Positions 40,301 to 54,400 of a DNA stretch of 64,000 bases are shown piece by piece; position 1 is the first letter of the stretch, and every line of letters starts with the position of its first letter. The translations under genes were made by a program, and so were the position numbers. The stretch is from contig OZ024757.1 of NCBI GenBank assembly GCA_964016885.1, positions 5,084,001 through 5,148,000 of the forward strand, given 5' to 3'. Source of the stretch: Eledone cirrhosa. Its lineage: Eukaryota. The notes under the pieces are model-generated. The model worked only from the letters and a program-made list of their open reading frames with translations. It had not been told where the DNA came from and made no database searches.

Positions 40301-41660
40301 GAGTCAAACAGATGTATCTTGTTGCATAAAAATGCGAGCATTTAAGGACAACAATTTGTACCCTGCTTATAGTTTATGATGGTGTGTAGAGGGTGGCAGG
40401 TTGTTCTGGTTTAGTTTCCCAGAGTTGTTGCAGTTTTTTTTCATTGCTAGTTATTGTGGGTAGAGCACACTCAGACCTGCTGGTATCTCTCTTCCACGTT
40501 TCACCAGCCTTAACAAACCTCTAGATCTGCCCATCATCACGCAGACTAAAACTTTCATGTTGTGCTTAGTTCCGATTCAAGGAAGCTGCAGCACGTAGCT
40601 TTCGACGTACATGGGGTAGTAGGCCTGGGTGTGTTCAGAAGGTAATCCGATTTTCACTCCCAGCTTTAACAGAGGCCAGATGGTATGATATTGCCTCAGC
40701 GGGGTCCGAAAAAGACAGCCTGATGAGTTTAGTTTTGGACGAGGTCGACCAAGGCGGAGAGCACCCTTTGGGGGAACACAGCCTAGGTCTTTGGCTGAGC
40801 TGGCAGCAAATGCCTGAAGATCAGCTTTGTCCTCTGGTACCCCAATGGCAATTACTTCATGGGTAGCAGATTCCGCAGTCTTCTCAGTGTGCTCAGATGC
40901 GGCAAGAGGTACAGGGAGATTCTTTAGCAAGGCATTCCGATAAGACCCCTCATTGTGGGGTCCTACCCGAATGCTTGCCTTTATTCCTATTACTTCCCTT
41001 CTTAAAGCAGAAATCATTGGTTGCAATTCTGCAAAATCTGTACTGGTCGGTTGTTGTTGTTTGCTGCTGTTGTTGTTGTTATTGTTGGTGGTGGTGGTGG
41101 TGGTGGTGGTGATGATGATGATGTTCCTCCACAGGAATGGTAGGGGAAGACTCAGCCGCCGGTTGTTGGTGTCGAGATGTACTGGGAGTGGAAGACATGG
41201 GTTGTTGTTGTTTCTGATGTTATCCCACAGGAATAGCAGCAGAAGCCAGTGTCATAGGTTTTTGCAGTTGTTCAGTAACAATGGTGGAGGGAGATACAGT
41301 CATCGGTTGCTGTTGTTGTTGTTGTTGTTTTTCAATAACATTAGTGGAGGCAGGCATACAGTCCAGGCACTGAAAGGACCAAGATTTTAGCTGGACCATC
41401 TCCCAGATTCCATCCATCATAGCATTATGATGTCTCTTTTTTTGGCCTGGGATCCTCCGGAAGCCTGTGGCGCATTGAAGGCAGACATAGATGTGCCAGG
41501 TTCCACATTCGACCCAGCGATTACGGAACGAGTTTTAGGGTTCCGTACAGATATGGCAGATGTGATTTTCTGGGCAATGTTCTATTTTGGGACATCGACC
41601 GGTTTTGTTGCAAATTTCACCGATGGATATCACCATGGCAATTTTGTTATTTCTACCCAT
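37337..41660 (-). mobile_element. Near full-length CR1/L2-group LINE: ORF1 (PHD-like, polyQ) and ORF2 (APE + RT), disrupted
   Basis: ORF1 remnants CHIC..WVECG..CLQC..W..FQCLDC. APE 39208..40341 (VTETW, GGGV, GDFN, LDL, SDH). RT 37637..39138 (GVPQGS, YADD). 3' UTR duplication and (ATT)n tail. Confidence 0.93.
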
Positions 41661-42482
41661 CCGTAGAAAAACACAGAATGTAAACAATATAGGTTTAGTG
41701 CACTTGATTACGATAGAAATAAAATGTCTGTTTTTTTTGTTTTGTTTTTTTTTTGTGTATTTTGTTTCCGTTTTCCTAAATGTTGTGTGTGTACAGAAGA
41801 GTCTGTGCATGTAAACAAATAAATATGCTGCGTAAGTTAAATGAAACGTACTGTAGAAGGCAACAGTTTATTAACAGCGAAATAACGTTTTTTTTTGGTT
41901 TTTTTTTCCGCTGATACTGCTTCTTTATAATAAACTTTCAATAATATTTTTTTTTTCAAATTATTAACTTTCAGCTGCTACTATATATATATATATATAA
42001 TTAAAAGGTGTATGTGGGTTAGAAGCGAAGTCAATGTTAAGAAATATTTTACCAATGTAAATTGGTAAACTTGGCCGGTTTTCTCCCACGAAATAGTGTG
42101 GTTTCTTTTCACGTGTGTGTATATGCATATGGTATATATCTGTATATAAATCTGTGTGTATATTGTTGTTTATATGTTTTGTGGAGTACTTACTGCGATC
42201 CTTAAGGGATGTAGTGATTTGTTTTGTTTTTTTTCCTTTTTTCCACGTCCCTGTCCACACGTGGTTTGTTGGGGGAAAATCAAGTCAAATTCTATATACT
42301 TCGTTAAGATAATTCTATCTTGAAACTGGTACTAGTTGTCAGGGAACAGTCAAAGTAATTGTAATAATGAATATTGTAATCCATCTGACATGTGTTTAAA
42401 GGGCAGTTTTTGGTGAAAATATTATATTTTGTTTGGTCAAGACGTGGTCAAGCAACCTTCCTTGTCGCCATTTTGGCCGGCT

Positions 42483-45400
42483 ATATTGTAGTGTGTTGTG
42501 ATATATTGTAGTGTGGTGTGATATATTGTAGTGTGGTGTGGTATATTGTAGTGTGATGTGGCATATTGAAGTGTGGTGTGGTATATTGTATTGTAGTGTG
42601 ATATAGTGTAGTGTGGTGTGATATATTTTAGTGTGGTGTGGTATATTGTAGTGTAGTGTAATATATTGTTGTGTGGTGTGGTATTTTGTAGTGTGTTTTG
42701 ATATAGTGTAGTGTAATATAGTGTACTGTGGTGTGGTATAGTGTAGTCTGGTGTGATATATCGTAGTGTGGTGTGGTATATGGTAGTATGGTGTGATATA
42801 CTGTAGTGTGCTGTGATATATAGTAGTGTGATGTGATATAGTGTAGTGTGGTGTGGTATATTGTAGTGTGGTGTATTGTAGTGTGATGTGGTATATTGAA
42901 GTGTGGTGTGTTATAGTGTAGTGTGGTGTGATATATTGTAGTGCGGTGTAGTATATTGTAGTGTAGTTTGGTATATTGTAGTGTGGTGTTGCATATTTTA
43001 GTGAGGTGTGGGATGTGGTAGTGTGATGTGATATAGTGTAGTGTCGTGTGGTATTTTGTAGTGTGTTGTGATATAGTGTAGTGTAGTGTGGTGTCGAATA
43101 GTGTAGTCTGGTGTGATATATGGTAGTGGTGCGGTATATTCTAGTGTGGTGTGATATACTGTAGTGTGGTGTGATATATTGTAGTGTGGTATGGTATATT
43201 GTAGTGTGGTGTAGTATATTTTAGTGAGGTGTGGTATGTGGTAGTGTGTTGTGATATAGTATAGTTTGGTGTGATATATTGTAGTGCGGTGTGATATAGT
43301 GTAGTGTGATGTGATATATTGTAGGGTGGTGTGATATATTGTAGTGTGGTGTGGTATAGTGTAGTGTGGTGTGATATATTGTAGTGTAGTGTGATGAGAT
43401 ATAGTGTAGTGTGGTGTGGTATATTGTAGTGGGATGTGATATATTGTAGTGTATTGTGATATAGTATAGTTTGGTGTGATATAGTGTAGTGCGGTGTGAT
43501 ATAGTGTAGTGTGATGTGATATATTGTAGTGCGGTGTGATATATTGTAGTGTGGTGTGGTATAGTGTAGTGTGATGTGAAATATTGTAGTAGTTGTGATA
43601 TAGTCTAATGTGATATATTGTAGTGTGATATATTGTAGCGTGGTGTTATATATTGTAGTCTGGTGTGATATACTGAAATGTGGTGTGATATATTATAGTG
43701 TGGTGTGATATATTGTAGTATGGTGACGTATATTGTAGTGTGGTGTGATATATTGTAGTGTGGTGTGGTATATTGTAGTGTGGTTTGATATATTGTAATG
43801 TGGAGTGGAATATTGTATTGTGGTGAGATATAATGTAGCGTGGTGTGATATAGTGTTGTGTGGTGTGGTATACGTAGTGTGGCGTGGCATATTGTAGTGT
43901 GGTGTGGTATAATGTAGTGTGATGTGAAATAATGTATTGTGGTCTGCTATATTGTAGTGTGGTATATTGTAGTGTGGTGTAGTATATTGTAGTGTGGTTT
44001 GATATATTGTATTGTGGTGTGGTATATTGTAGTGCGATGTAGTATATTTTAGTGTGGGGTAGTATATTTTAGTGTGATGCGGTGTGGTGTGGCATATTGT
44101 AATGTCGTGTGATATATTGTAGTGTGGTATTGTATATTGTAGTGTGGTGAAGTATATTGTATTGTGGTGTGATATAGTTTAGTGTGGTGTGGTATAGTGT
44201 AGTGTGGTGTGGTATATTGTAGTGTGGTGTGATATATTGTGGTGTGGTGTTGTATATTGTAGTGTGATGTAGCATATCGTAGTGTGGTGTGGTATATTGT
44301 AGTGTGGTGTGGTATATTGTCGTGCGATGTATTATAGTGTAGTGCAGCGTGATATATTGTAGTGTGGTGTGATATATTGTAGTGTGGTGTGGTATATTGT
44401 AGTGTGGTGTGATATAGTGTAGTGTGGTGTGGTATACTGTAATGTGGTGTGGTGGGCTATATGGTAGTGTGGTGTGACATATTGTAGTGTGGTGTGGTAT
44501 ATTCTAGTGTGATGGGGTATATTGTGGGTGTGGTGTGCTATACAGTATTATGGTGTTATATAGTGTAGTGTGGTGTGGTATATTGTAGTGTGGTGTGGTA
44601 AATTGTAGTGTGGTGTGGTATATAGTAGTGTGGTGTTATATAGTGTAGTGTGGTGAGATATATTGTACTGTGGTGTGGTATAGTGAAGTGTGCTGCGATA
44701 TTGTAGTGTGATGTGGTATATTGTGGGTGTGGTGTGCTATATAGCAGTATGGTGTTATATAGTGTAGTGTGGTGTGGTATATTGTAGTGTGGTGTGGTGT
44801 GGTATAGTGAAGTGTGCTGTGATATATTTTAGTGTGGTGTGGTATAGAGTAGTGTGATGTGAAATAATGTATTGTGGTCTACTATATTATAGTGTGGTAT
44901 ATTGTAGTATGTTGCGATATATTGTAGTGTGGTTTGGTGTATTGTAATGTCGTGTGGTATATTGTAGTCTGATATATTGTAGTGTGGTATCTTGTAGTGT
45001 GTTCTGATATATTGTAGTGTGGTATGGTATATTGTAGTGTGGTGTAGTATATTGTAGTGTGGTGTCGCATATTTTAGTGAGGTGTGGTATGTGGTAGTGT
45101 GATGTGATATAGTGTAGTGTGGTGTGGTATACTGTAGTGTGGTGTGATATAGTGTACTGTAGTGTGATATATTGTAGCGTGATGGGATATATTGTAGTGT
45201 GGTGTGATATAGTGTAGTGTGGTGTGATAAATGGCTGTGTGGTGTGTCTTGGTGTAGTGTGGTGTGATTTAGTGTAGTGTGGTGTGGTATAATGTAGTGT
45301 CGTGTGATATACTGTAGTGTGGCGTGATATCTAGTATTGTGATGTGATACAGTGTAGTGTGGTGTGGTATATTGTAGTGGGATGTGGTATATTGTAGTGT

Positions 45401-48400
45401 GTTGTGATATAGTAGAGTTTGGTGTGATATACTGTAGTGCGGTGTGATATAGTGTAGTGTGATGTGATATATTGTAGTGCGGTGTGATATATTGTAGTGT
45501 GGTGTGGTATAGTGTAGTGTGGTGTGATATATTGTAGTGTAGTGTGATATAGTGTAGTGTGATGTGAAATATTGTAGTAGTTGTGATATAGTCTAATGTG
45601 GTATATTGTAGTGTGATATATTGTAGCCTGGTGTTATATATTGTAGTCTGGTGTGATATACTGAAATGTGGTGTGATATATTCTAGTGTGGTGTGATATA
45701 TTGTAGTATGGTGTGGTATATTGTAGTGTGGTTTGATATGTTGTAATGTGGAGTAGAATATTGTATTGTGGTGAGATATAATGTAGTGTGGTGTGATATA
45801 GTGTTGTGTGGTGTGGTATACGTAGTGTGGTGTGGTATATTGTAGTGTGGTGTGGTATAATGTAGTGTGATGTGAAATAATGTATTGTGGTCTGCTATAT
45901 TGTAGTGTGGTATATTGTAGTGTGGTGTAGCATATTGTAGTGTATTGATATATTGTATTGTAGTTTGGTATATTGTAGTGCGATGTAGTATATTTTAGTG
46001 TGGGGTAGTATATTTTAGTGTGGTGTGGTGTGGTGTGGCATATTGTAGTGTGATGTGGCATATTGCAGTGTGGTGTGGTATATTGTAGGGCGGTGTGCTA
46101 TATTGTCGTGCGATGTGATATAGTGTAGTTCAGCGTGATATATTGTAGTGTGGTGTGATATATTGTAGTGTGGTGTGGTATATTGTAGTGTGGTGTGATA
46201 TAGTGTAGTGTGGTGTGGTATACTGTAATGTGGTGTGGTGGGCTATATGGTAGTGTGGTGTGATATATTGTAGTGTGATGTGGTATATTGTGGGTGTGGT
46301 ATACTGTACCTGTTGTAGTATATTGTAGTGTGGTGTGGTATATTGTAGTGTGATGTGGTATATTGTGGGTGTGGTGTGCTATATAGTAGTATGATGTTAT
46401 ATAGTGTAGTGTGGTGTGGTATATTGTAGTGTGGTGTGGTATAGTGAAGTGTGATGTGATATATTTTAGTGTGATGTGATATAGTGTAGAGTGATGTGAT
46501 ATATTGTAGTAGGTTGTAATACAATGTAGTGTGGTATATTGTAGTGTGGTGTGGTATATAGTAGTGTGGTGTTATATAGTGTAGTGTGGTGTGATATATT
46601 GTACTGTGGTGTGGTATAGTGAAGTGTGCTGTGATATAGTGTAGTGTGATGTGATATATGTTGTGTGATGTGATATATTGTAGTAGGTTGTGATATAGCG
46701 TAGTGTGGTATATTGTAGTGTGGTGTGATATATTGTAGTGTAGTTTGGTATATTGTAGTGTGGTGTGATATATTGTAGTGTGGTGTGATATATTGTAGTG
46801 TGGTGTGGTATAGTGTGATGTGTTGTGGTATATTATAGTGTGCTGTGATATATTGTAGTTTGGTGTATTATTTTGTAGTGTGATGTGGTATATTGTAGTG
46901 GGATATGGTATATTGTAGTGTGTTGTGATATAGTATAGTTTGGTGTGATATATTGTAGTGCGGTGTGATATAGTGTAGTGTGATGTGATATATTGTAGTG
47001 TGGTGTGATATATTGTATTGTGGTGTGGTATACTGTAGTGTGGTGTGGTATATTGTAGTGTCGCATGGTATAGTGTAGTGTGATGTGAAATAATGTATTG
47101 TGGTTCTGCTATATTGTAGTGTGTTGTAGTATATTGTAGTGTGGTGTGGTATAGTGTAGTGTGGTTTGGTATATTGTAGTGTGATGTGGTATATTGTAGT
47201 GTAGTGTAGTATATTGTAGTGTGGAGTGGTATATTGTAGTGTGGTGTGATATATCGTAGTGTGGTGTGGTATATTGTAGTGTGGTGTGATATATTGTAGT
47301 GTGATGTGAAATAATGTATTGGGGTTCTGCTCTATTGTAGTGTGGTATATTGTAGTGTGGTCTAGTATATTGTAGTGTGGTGTGTTATATTGTAGTGTGG
47401 TGTGATATATTGTAGTGTGGTGTGGTATATTGTAGTGTGATATATTGTATTGTGCTATATTGTAGTGTGGTGTGATATATTGAAGTGTGGTATGGTATAT
47501 TGTAGTGTGGTGTAGTATATTGTAGTGTGGTGTAGTATATTGTAGTGTGGTGTTATATAGTGTCGTGTGGTGTGGTATAGTGTAGTGTGTTGTAGTATAT
47601 TGTAGTATGGTGTGATATATTGTTGTGTGGTGTGATATATTGTAGTGTGGTGTGGTATAGTGTAGTGTGATGTGGCACAATGCAGTGTGGTGTGGTATAT
47701 TGTAGTGTGGTGTGATATAGTGTAGTGTGTTGTGATATATTTTACTGTGGTGTGGTATATTGTAGTGTAGTGTAATATTATGTAATGTGGTGTGGTATAG
47801 TGTAGTGTGGTGTGATACAGTGTAGTGTAGTGTAATATAGTGTAGTGTGGTGTGGTATAGTGTACTGTGTTGTGATATATGGTAGTGTGATGTGCTATAT
47901 TGTAGTGTGGTGTGATATACTGTAGTATGTTGTGTTATATTGTAGTGTGATATCATATACTGTAGTGTGGTGTGATACATAGTAGTGTCATGTGATATAG
48001 TGTAGTGTGGTGTGGTATACTGTAGTGTGGTGTTATATAGTGTAGTGTGGTGTTATATATTGTAGCGTGGTGTGGTATATTGTAGTGTGTTGTGATACAG
48101 TGTAGTGTAGTGTAATATAGTGTAGTGTTGTGTGGTATAGTGTAGTGTGGTGTGATATATGGTAGTGTGATGTGCTATATTGTAGTGTGGTGTGATATAC
48201 TGTAGTATGGTGTGTTATATTGTAGTGTGATATCATATACTGTAGTGTGGTGTGATATATAGTAGTGTCATGTGATATAGTGTAGTGTGGTGTGGTATAC
48301 TGTAGTGTGGTGTTATATAGTGTAGCGTGGTGTGGTATATTGTAGTGTGTTGTGATATAGTGTAGTGTAGTGTAATATATTGTAGTGTGGTGTGGTATAA

Positions 48401-51400
48401 TGTAGTGTGGTGTGATATATGGTCGTGTGGTGTAATATATTGTAGTGTGGTGTGGTATATTGTAGTGTGATGTGGTATATTGTAGTTTGATGTTGTATAT
48501 TGTAGTGTGGTGTGATAGAGTCTAGTGTGTTGTGATATGTTGTAGTGTGGCGAGATATCTTGTAGTGTGGTGTGTTATAGTGTAGTGTGGTGTGAAATAA
48601 TGTATTGTGGTACTGCTATATTATAGTGTGTTGCAGTATATTGTAGTTTCGTGTGGTATAGTGTAGTGTGGAGTGGAATATTGTAGTGTGGTGTGATATA
48701 TTGTAGTGTGGTGTGGTATATTGTAGTGTAGTGTGATATATTGTAGTGTGGTGTGATATATTGTAGTGTGGTGTGGTATACTGTAATGTGGTGTGGTATA
48801 TTATAGGGTGGTGTGATATATTGTGATTTGGTGTAGTATTTTGTAGTTTGATGTGGTATATTGTAGTGTGGTGTGGTATAGTGTAGTGCGATGTGAAATA
48901 ATGCGTTGGGGTTCTGCTATATTGTAGTGTGTTGTAGTATATTGTAGTGTGGTGCGATATATTGTAGTGTGGTGTGATATAGTGTTGTGTGGTGTGGTAT
49001 ATTGTAGTGTGGTGTGGTATATTGTAGTGTGGTGTGATATATTGTAGTGTGGTCTGATATAGTGTAGTGTGGTGTGGTATATTGTAGTGTGATATATTGT
49101 ATTGTGCTATATTGAAGTGTGGTATGTTATATTGTAGTGTGGTGTAGTATATTGTAGTGTGGTGTAGTATATTGTAGTGTGGTGTTATATAGTGTCGTGT
49201 GGTTTGGTATAGTGTAGTGTGTTGTGGTATATTGTAGTGTGGTGTGATATAGTGTTGTGTGGTGTGGTATATTATAGTGTGGTGTGGTATATTGTAGTGT
49301 GTTGTGATATATTGTAGTGTGGTGTGATATATTGTAGTGTGGTGTGGTATATTGCAGTGTGATGTGGCATAATGCAGTGTGGTGTGGTATATTGTAGTGG
49401 GGTTTGGTGTATTGTAGTGTGCTATGATATAGTGTGGTGCGGTGTGATATATTGTAGTGTGCTATGATATAGTGTGGTGCGGTGTGATATATTGTAGTGT
49501 GGTGTGGTATATTGTAGTGTGGTGTGGTATATTGTAGTGTGATGTGGTATATTGTAGTTTGATGTTGTATATTGTAGTGTGGTGTGATAGAGTGTAGTGT
49601 GTTGTGATATATTGTAGTGTGGCGAGATATCTTGTAGTGTGGTGTGTTATAGTGTAGTGTGGTGTGATATATTGTAGTGTGGTGTGGTATATTGCAGTGT
49701 GATGTGGCATAATGCAGTGTGGTGTGGTATATTGTAGTGGGGTTTGGTGTATTGTAGTGTGCTATGATATAGTGTGGTGCGGTGTGATATATTGTAGTGT
49801 GCTACCATATAGTGTGGTGCGGTGTGATATATTGTAGTGTGGTGTGGTATATTGTAGTGTGATATATTGTATTGTGCTATATTGTAGTGTGGTGTGATAT
49901 ATTGAAGTGTGGTATGGTATATTGTAGTGTGGTGTAGTATATTGTAGTGTGGTGTAGTATATTGTAGTGTTATAAAGTGTCGTGTGGTTTGGTATAGTGT
50001 AGTGTGTTGTGGTATATTGTAGTGTGGTGTGATATAGTGTTGTGTGGTGTGGTATATTATAGTGTGGTGTGGTATATTGTAGTGTGTTGTGATATATTGT
50101 AGTGTGGTGTGATATATTGTAGTGAGGTGTGGTATATTGCAGTGTGATGTGGCATAATGCAGTGTGGTGTGGTATATTGTAGTGGGGTTTGGTGTATTGT
50201 AGTGTGCTATGATATAGTGTGGTGCGGTGTGATATATTGTAGTGTGCTATGATATAGTGTGGTGCGGTGTGATATATTGTAGTGTGGTGTGGTATATTGT
50301 AGTGTGATGTGGTATATTGTAGTTTGATGTTGTATATTGTAGTATGGTGTGATAGAGTGTAGTGTGTTATGATATATTGTAGTGTGGCGAGATATCTTGT
50401 AGTGTGGTGTGTTATAGTGTAGTGTGGTGTGATATATTGTAGTGTGGTGTGGTATATTGCAGTGTGATGTGGCATAATGCAGTGTGGTGTGGTATATTGT
50501 AGTGGGGTTTGGTGTATTGTAGTGTGCTATGATATAGTGTGGTGCGGTGTGATATATTGTAGTGTGCTATGATATAGGGTGGTGCGGTGTGATATATTGT
50601 AGTGTGGTGTGGTATATTGTAGTGTGATGTGGTATATTGTAGTTTGATGTTGTATATTGTAGTGTGGTGTGATAGAGTGTAGTGTGTCGTGATATATTGT
50701 AGTGTGGCGAGATATCTTGTAGTGTGGTGTGTTATAGTGTAGTGTGGTGTGATATATTGTAGTGTGGTGTGGTATACTGTGGTGGGATGTACTGTAATGT
50801 GGTGTGGTATAGTCTAGTGTGGTATATTGTAGTGTTGTGTGGCATATTATAGAGAGGTGTGGTATATGGTAGTGTGATGTGATATAGTGTAGTTTGGTGT
50901 GGTATATTGTAGTGTGGTGTGATATAGTGTAGCGTGTTGTGATATATTTTACTGTGGTGTGGTATACTGTAGTGTAGTTTAATATAGTATAGTGTGGTGT
51001 GGTATATTGTAGTGTGTTGTGATACAGTGTAGCGTAGTGTAATATAGTCTAGTATGGTGAGGTATAGTGTTATGTGGTGTGATATATGGTAGTGTGATGT
51101 GCTATATTGTAGTGTGGTGTGATATACTGTAGTGTGGTGTGATATATAGTAGTGTTATGTGATATAGTGTAGTGTGCTGTGGTATACTGTAGTGTGGTGT
51201 TATATAGTGTTGTGTGGTGTGGTATATTATAGTGTGGTGTGGTATATTGTAGTGTGTTGTGATATATTGTAGTGTGGTGTGATATATTGTAGTGAGGTGT
51301 GGTATATTGCAGTGTGATGTGGCATAATGCAGTGTGGTGTGGTATATTGTAGTGGGGTTTGGTGTATTGTAGTGTGCTATGATATAGTGTGGTGCGGTGT

Positions 51401-54400
51401 GATATATTGTAGTGTGCTATGATATAGTGTGGTGCGGTGTGATATATTGTAGTGTGGTGTGGTATATTGTAGTGTGATGTGGTATATTGTAGTTTGATGT
51501 TGTATATTGTAGTATGGTGTGATAGAGTGTAGTGTGTTATGATATATTGTAGTGTGGCGAGATATCTTGTAGTGTGGTGTGTTATAGTGTAGTGTGGTGT
51601 GATATATTGTAGTGTGGTGTGGTATATTGCAGTGTGATGTGGCATAATGCAGTGTGGTGTGGTATATTGTAGTGGGGTTTGGTGTATTGTAGTGTGCTAT
51701 GATATAGTGTGGTGCGGTGTGATATATTGTAGTGTGCTATGATATAGGGTGGTGCGGTGTGATATATTGTAGTGTGGTGTGGTATATTGTAGTGTGATGT
51801 GGTATATTGTAGTTTGATGTTGTATATTGTAGTGTGGTGTGATAGAGTGTAGTGTGTCGTGATATATTGTAGTGTGGCGAGATATCTTGTAGTGTGGTGT
51901 GTTATAGTGTAGTGTGGTGTGATATATTGTAGTGTGGTGTGGTATACTGTGGTGGGATGTACTGTAATGTGGTGTGGTATAGTCTAGTGTGGTATATTGT
52001 AGTGTTGTGTGGCATATTATAGAGAGGTGTGGTATATGGTAGTGTGATGTGATATAGTGTAGTTTGGTGTGGTATATTGTAGTGTGGTGTGATATAGTGT
52101 AGCGTGTTGTGATATATTTTACTGTGGTGTGGTATACTGTAGTGTAGTTTAATATAGTATAGTGTGGTGTGGTATATTGTAGTGTGTTGTGATACAGTGT
52201 AGCGTAGTGTAATATAGTCTAGTATGGTGAGGTATAGTGTTATGTGGTGTGATATATGGTAGTGTGATGTGCTATATTGTAGTGTGGTGTGATATACTGT
52301 AGTGTGGTGTGATATATAGTAGTGTTATGTGATATAGTGTAGTGTGCTGTGGTATACTGTAGTGTGGTGTTATATAGTGTAGTGAGTTGTGATATATTTT
52401 AGTTTGGTGTGGTATATTGTAGTGTGTTGTGATATAGTGTAGTGTAGTGTAAAATATTGTAGTGTGGTGTGGTATAATGTAGTGCGGTGTGATATATGGT
52501 AGTGTGGTGTAATATATTGTAGTGTGGTGTGGTATATTGTAGTGTGATGTGTTATATTGTAGTTTGATGTTGTATATTGTAGTGTGGTGTGATAGAGTGT
52601 AGTGTGTTGTGATATATTGTAGTGTGGCGAGATATCTTGTAGTGTGGTGTGTTATAGTGTAGTGTGGTGTGATATATTGTCGTGTGATGTGAAATAATAT
52701 ATTGTGGTACTGCTATGTTGTAGTGTGTTGTAGTATATTGTAGTGTGGTGTGGTATATTATAGTGTGGTGTGATATATTGTGGTTTGGTGTAGTATTTTG
52801 TAGTTTGATGTGGTATATTGTAGTGCGGTGTGGTATATTGTAGTGTGGTGTGATCTATTGTAATGTGGAGTTATATATTGTATTGTGGTGTGGTATACTG
52901 TAGTGTAGTGTGGTATATTGTAGTGTCGTGTGGTATAGTGTAGTGTGATGTGAAATAATGTATTGGGGTTCTGCTATATTGTAGTGTGGTATATTGTAGT
53001 GTGTTGTAGTATATTGTAGTGTGGTGCGATATATTGTAATATGGTTTGGTATATTGTAGTGTGATGTGGTATATTGTAGTGTGGTGTAGTATATTGTAGT
53101 GTGGTGTACTATATTGTAGTGTGGTCTGATATAGTGTAGTGTGGTGTGGTATATTGTAGTGTGATATATTGTATTGTGCTATATTGTAGTGTGGTGTGAT
53201 ATATTGAAGTGTGGTATGGTATATTGTAGTGTGGTGTAGTATATTATAGTGTGGTGTATATTGTAATGTGGTGTTATATAGTGTCGTGTGGTGTGGTATA
53301 GTGTAGTGTGTTGTGGTATATTGTAGTGTGGTGTGATATAGTGATGTGTGGTGTGGTATATTGTAGTGGATGTGGTATATTGTAGTGTGGTGTGATATAT
53401 TGTAGTGTGGTGTGATATATTGTAATGTGGTGTGGTATATTGCAGTGTGATGTGGCATAATGCAGTGTGGTGTGGTATATTGTAGTAGGGTTTGGTGTAT
53501 TGTAGTGTGCTATGATATAGTGTGGTGCGGTGTGATATATTGTAGTGTGGTGTGATATAGTGTAGTGTGTTGTGATATATTGTAGTTTGGTGTGGTATAT
53601 TGTAGTGTGGTGTGATATAGTGTAGTGTGTTGTGATATATTTTAATGTGGTGTGGTATATTGTAGTGTAGTGTAATATAGTGTAGTGTGGTGTGGTATAT
53701 TGTAGTGTGTTGTGATACAGTGTAGTGTAGTGTAATACAGTGTAGTGTGGTGTGTTATAGTGTAGTGTGGTGTGATATATGGTAGTGTGATGTACTATAT
53801 TCTAGTGTGGTGTGATATACTGTAGTATGGTGTGTTATATTGTAGTGTGATGTCATAAACTGTAGCGTGGTGTGATATATAGTAGTTTCATGTGATATAG
53901 TGTAGTGTGGTGTGGTATACTGTAATATAGTGTAGTGAGTTGTGATATATTTTAGTTTGGTGTGGTATATTGTAGTATAGTTTAATATAGTGTAGCGTGG
54001 TGTGGTATATTGTAGTGTGTTGTGATATAGTGTAGTGTAGTGTAATATAGTGTAGTGCGGTGTGGTATAATGTAGTGTGGTGTGATATATGGTAGTGTGT
54101 TGTAATATATTGTAGTGTGGTGTGATATACTGTAGTGTGGTTTGATATATTGTAGTGTGATGTCATATACTGTAGTGTGGTGTGATATATAGTACTGTAA
54201 TGTGATATATTGTAGTGTGGTGTGGTATATTGTAGTGTGATGTGGTATATTGTAGTTTGATGTTGTATATTGTAGTGTGGTGTGATAGAGTGTAGTGTTA
54301 GTGATATATTGTAGTGTGGCGAGATATCTTGTAGTGTGGTGTGTTATAGTGTAGTGTTGTGTGATATGTTGTAGTGTGGTGTGGTATACTGTGGTGGGAT

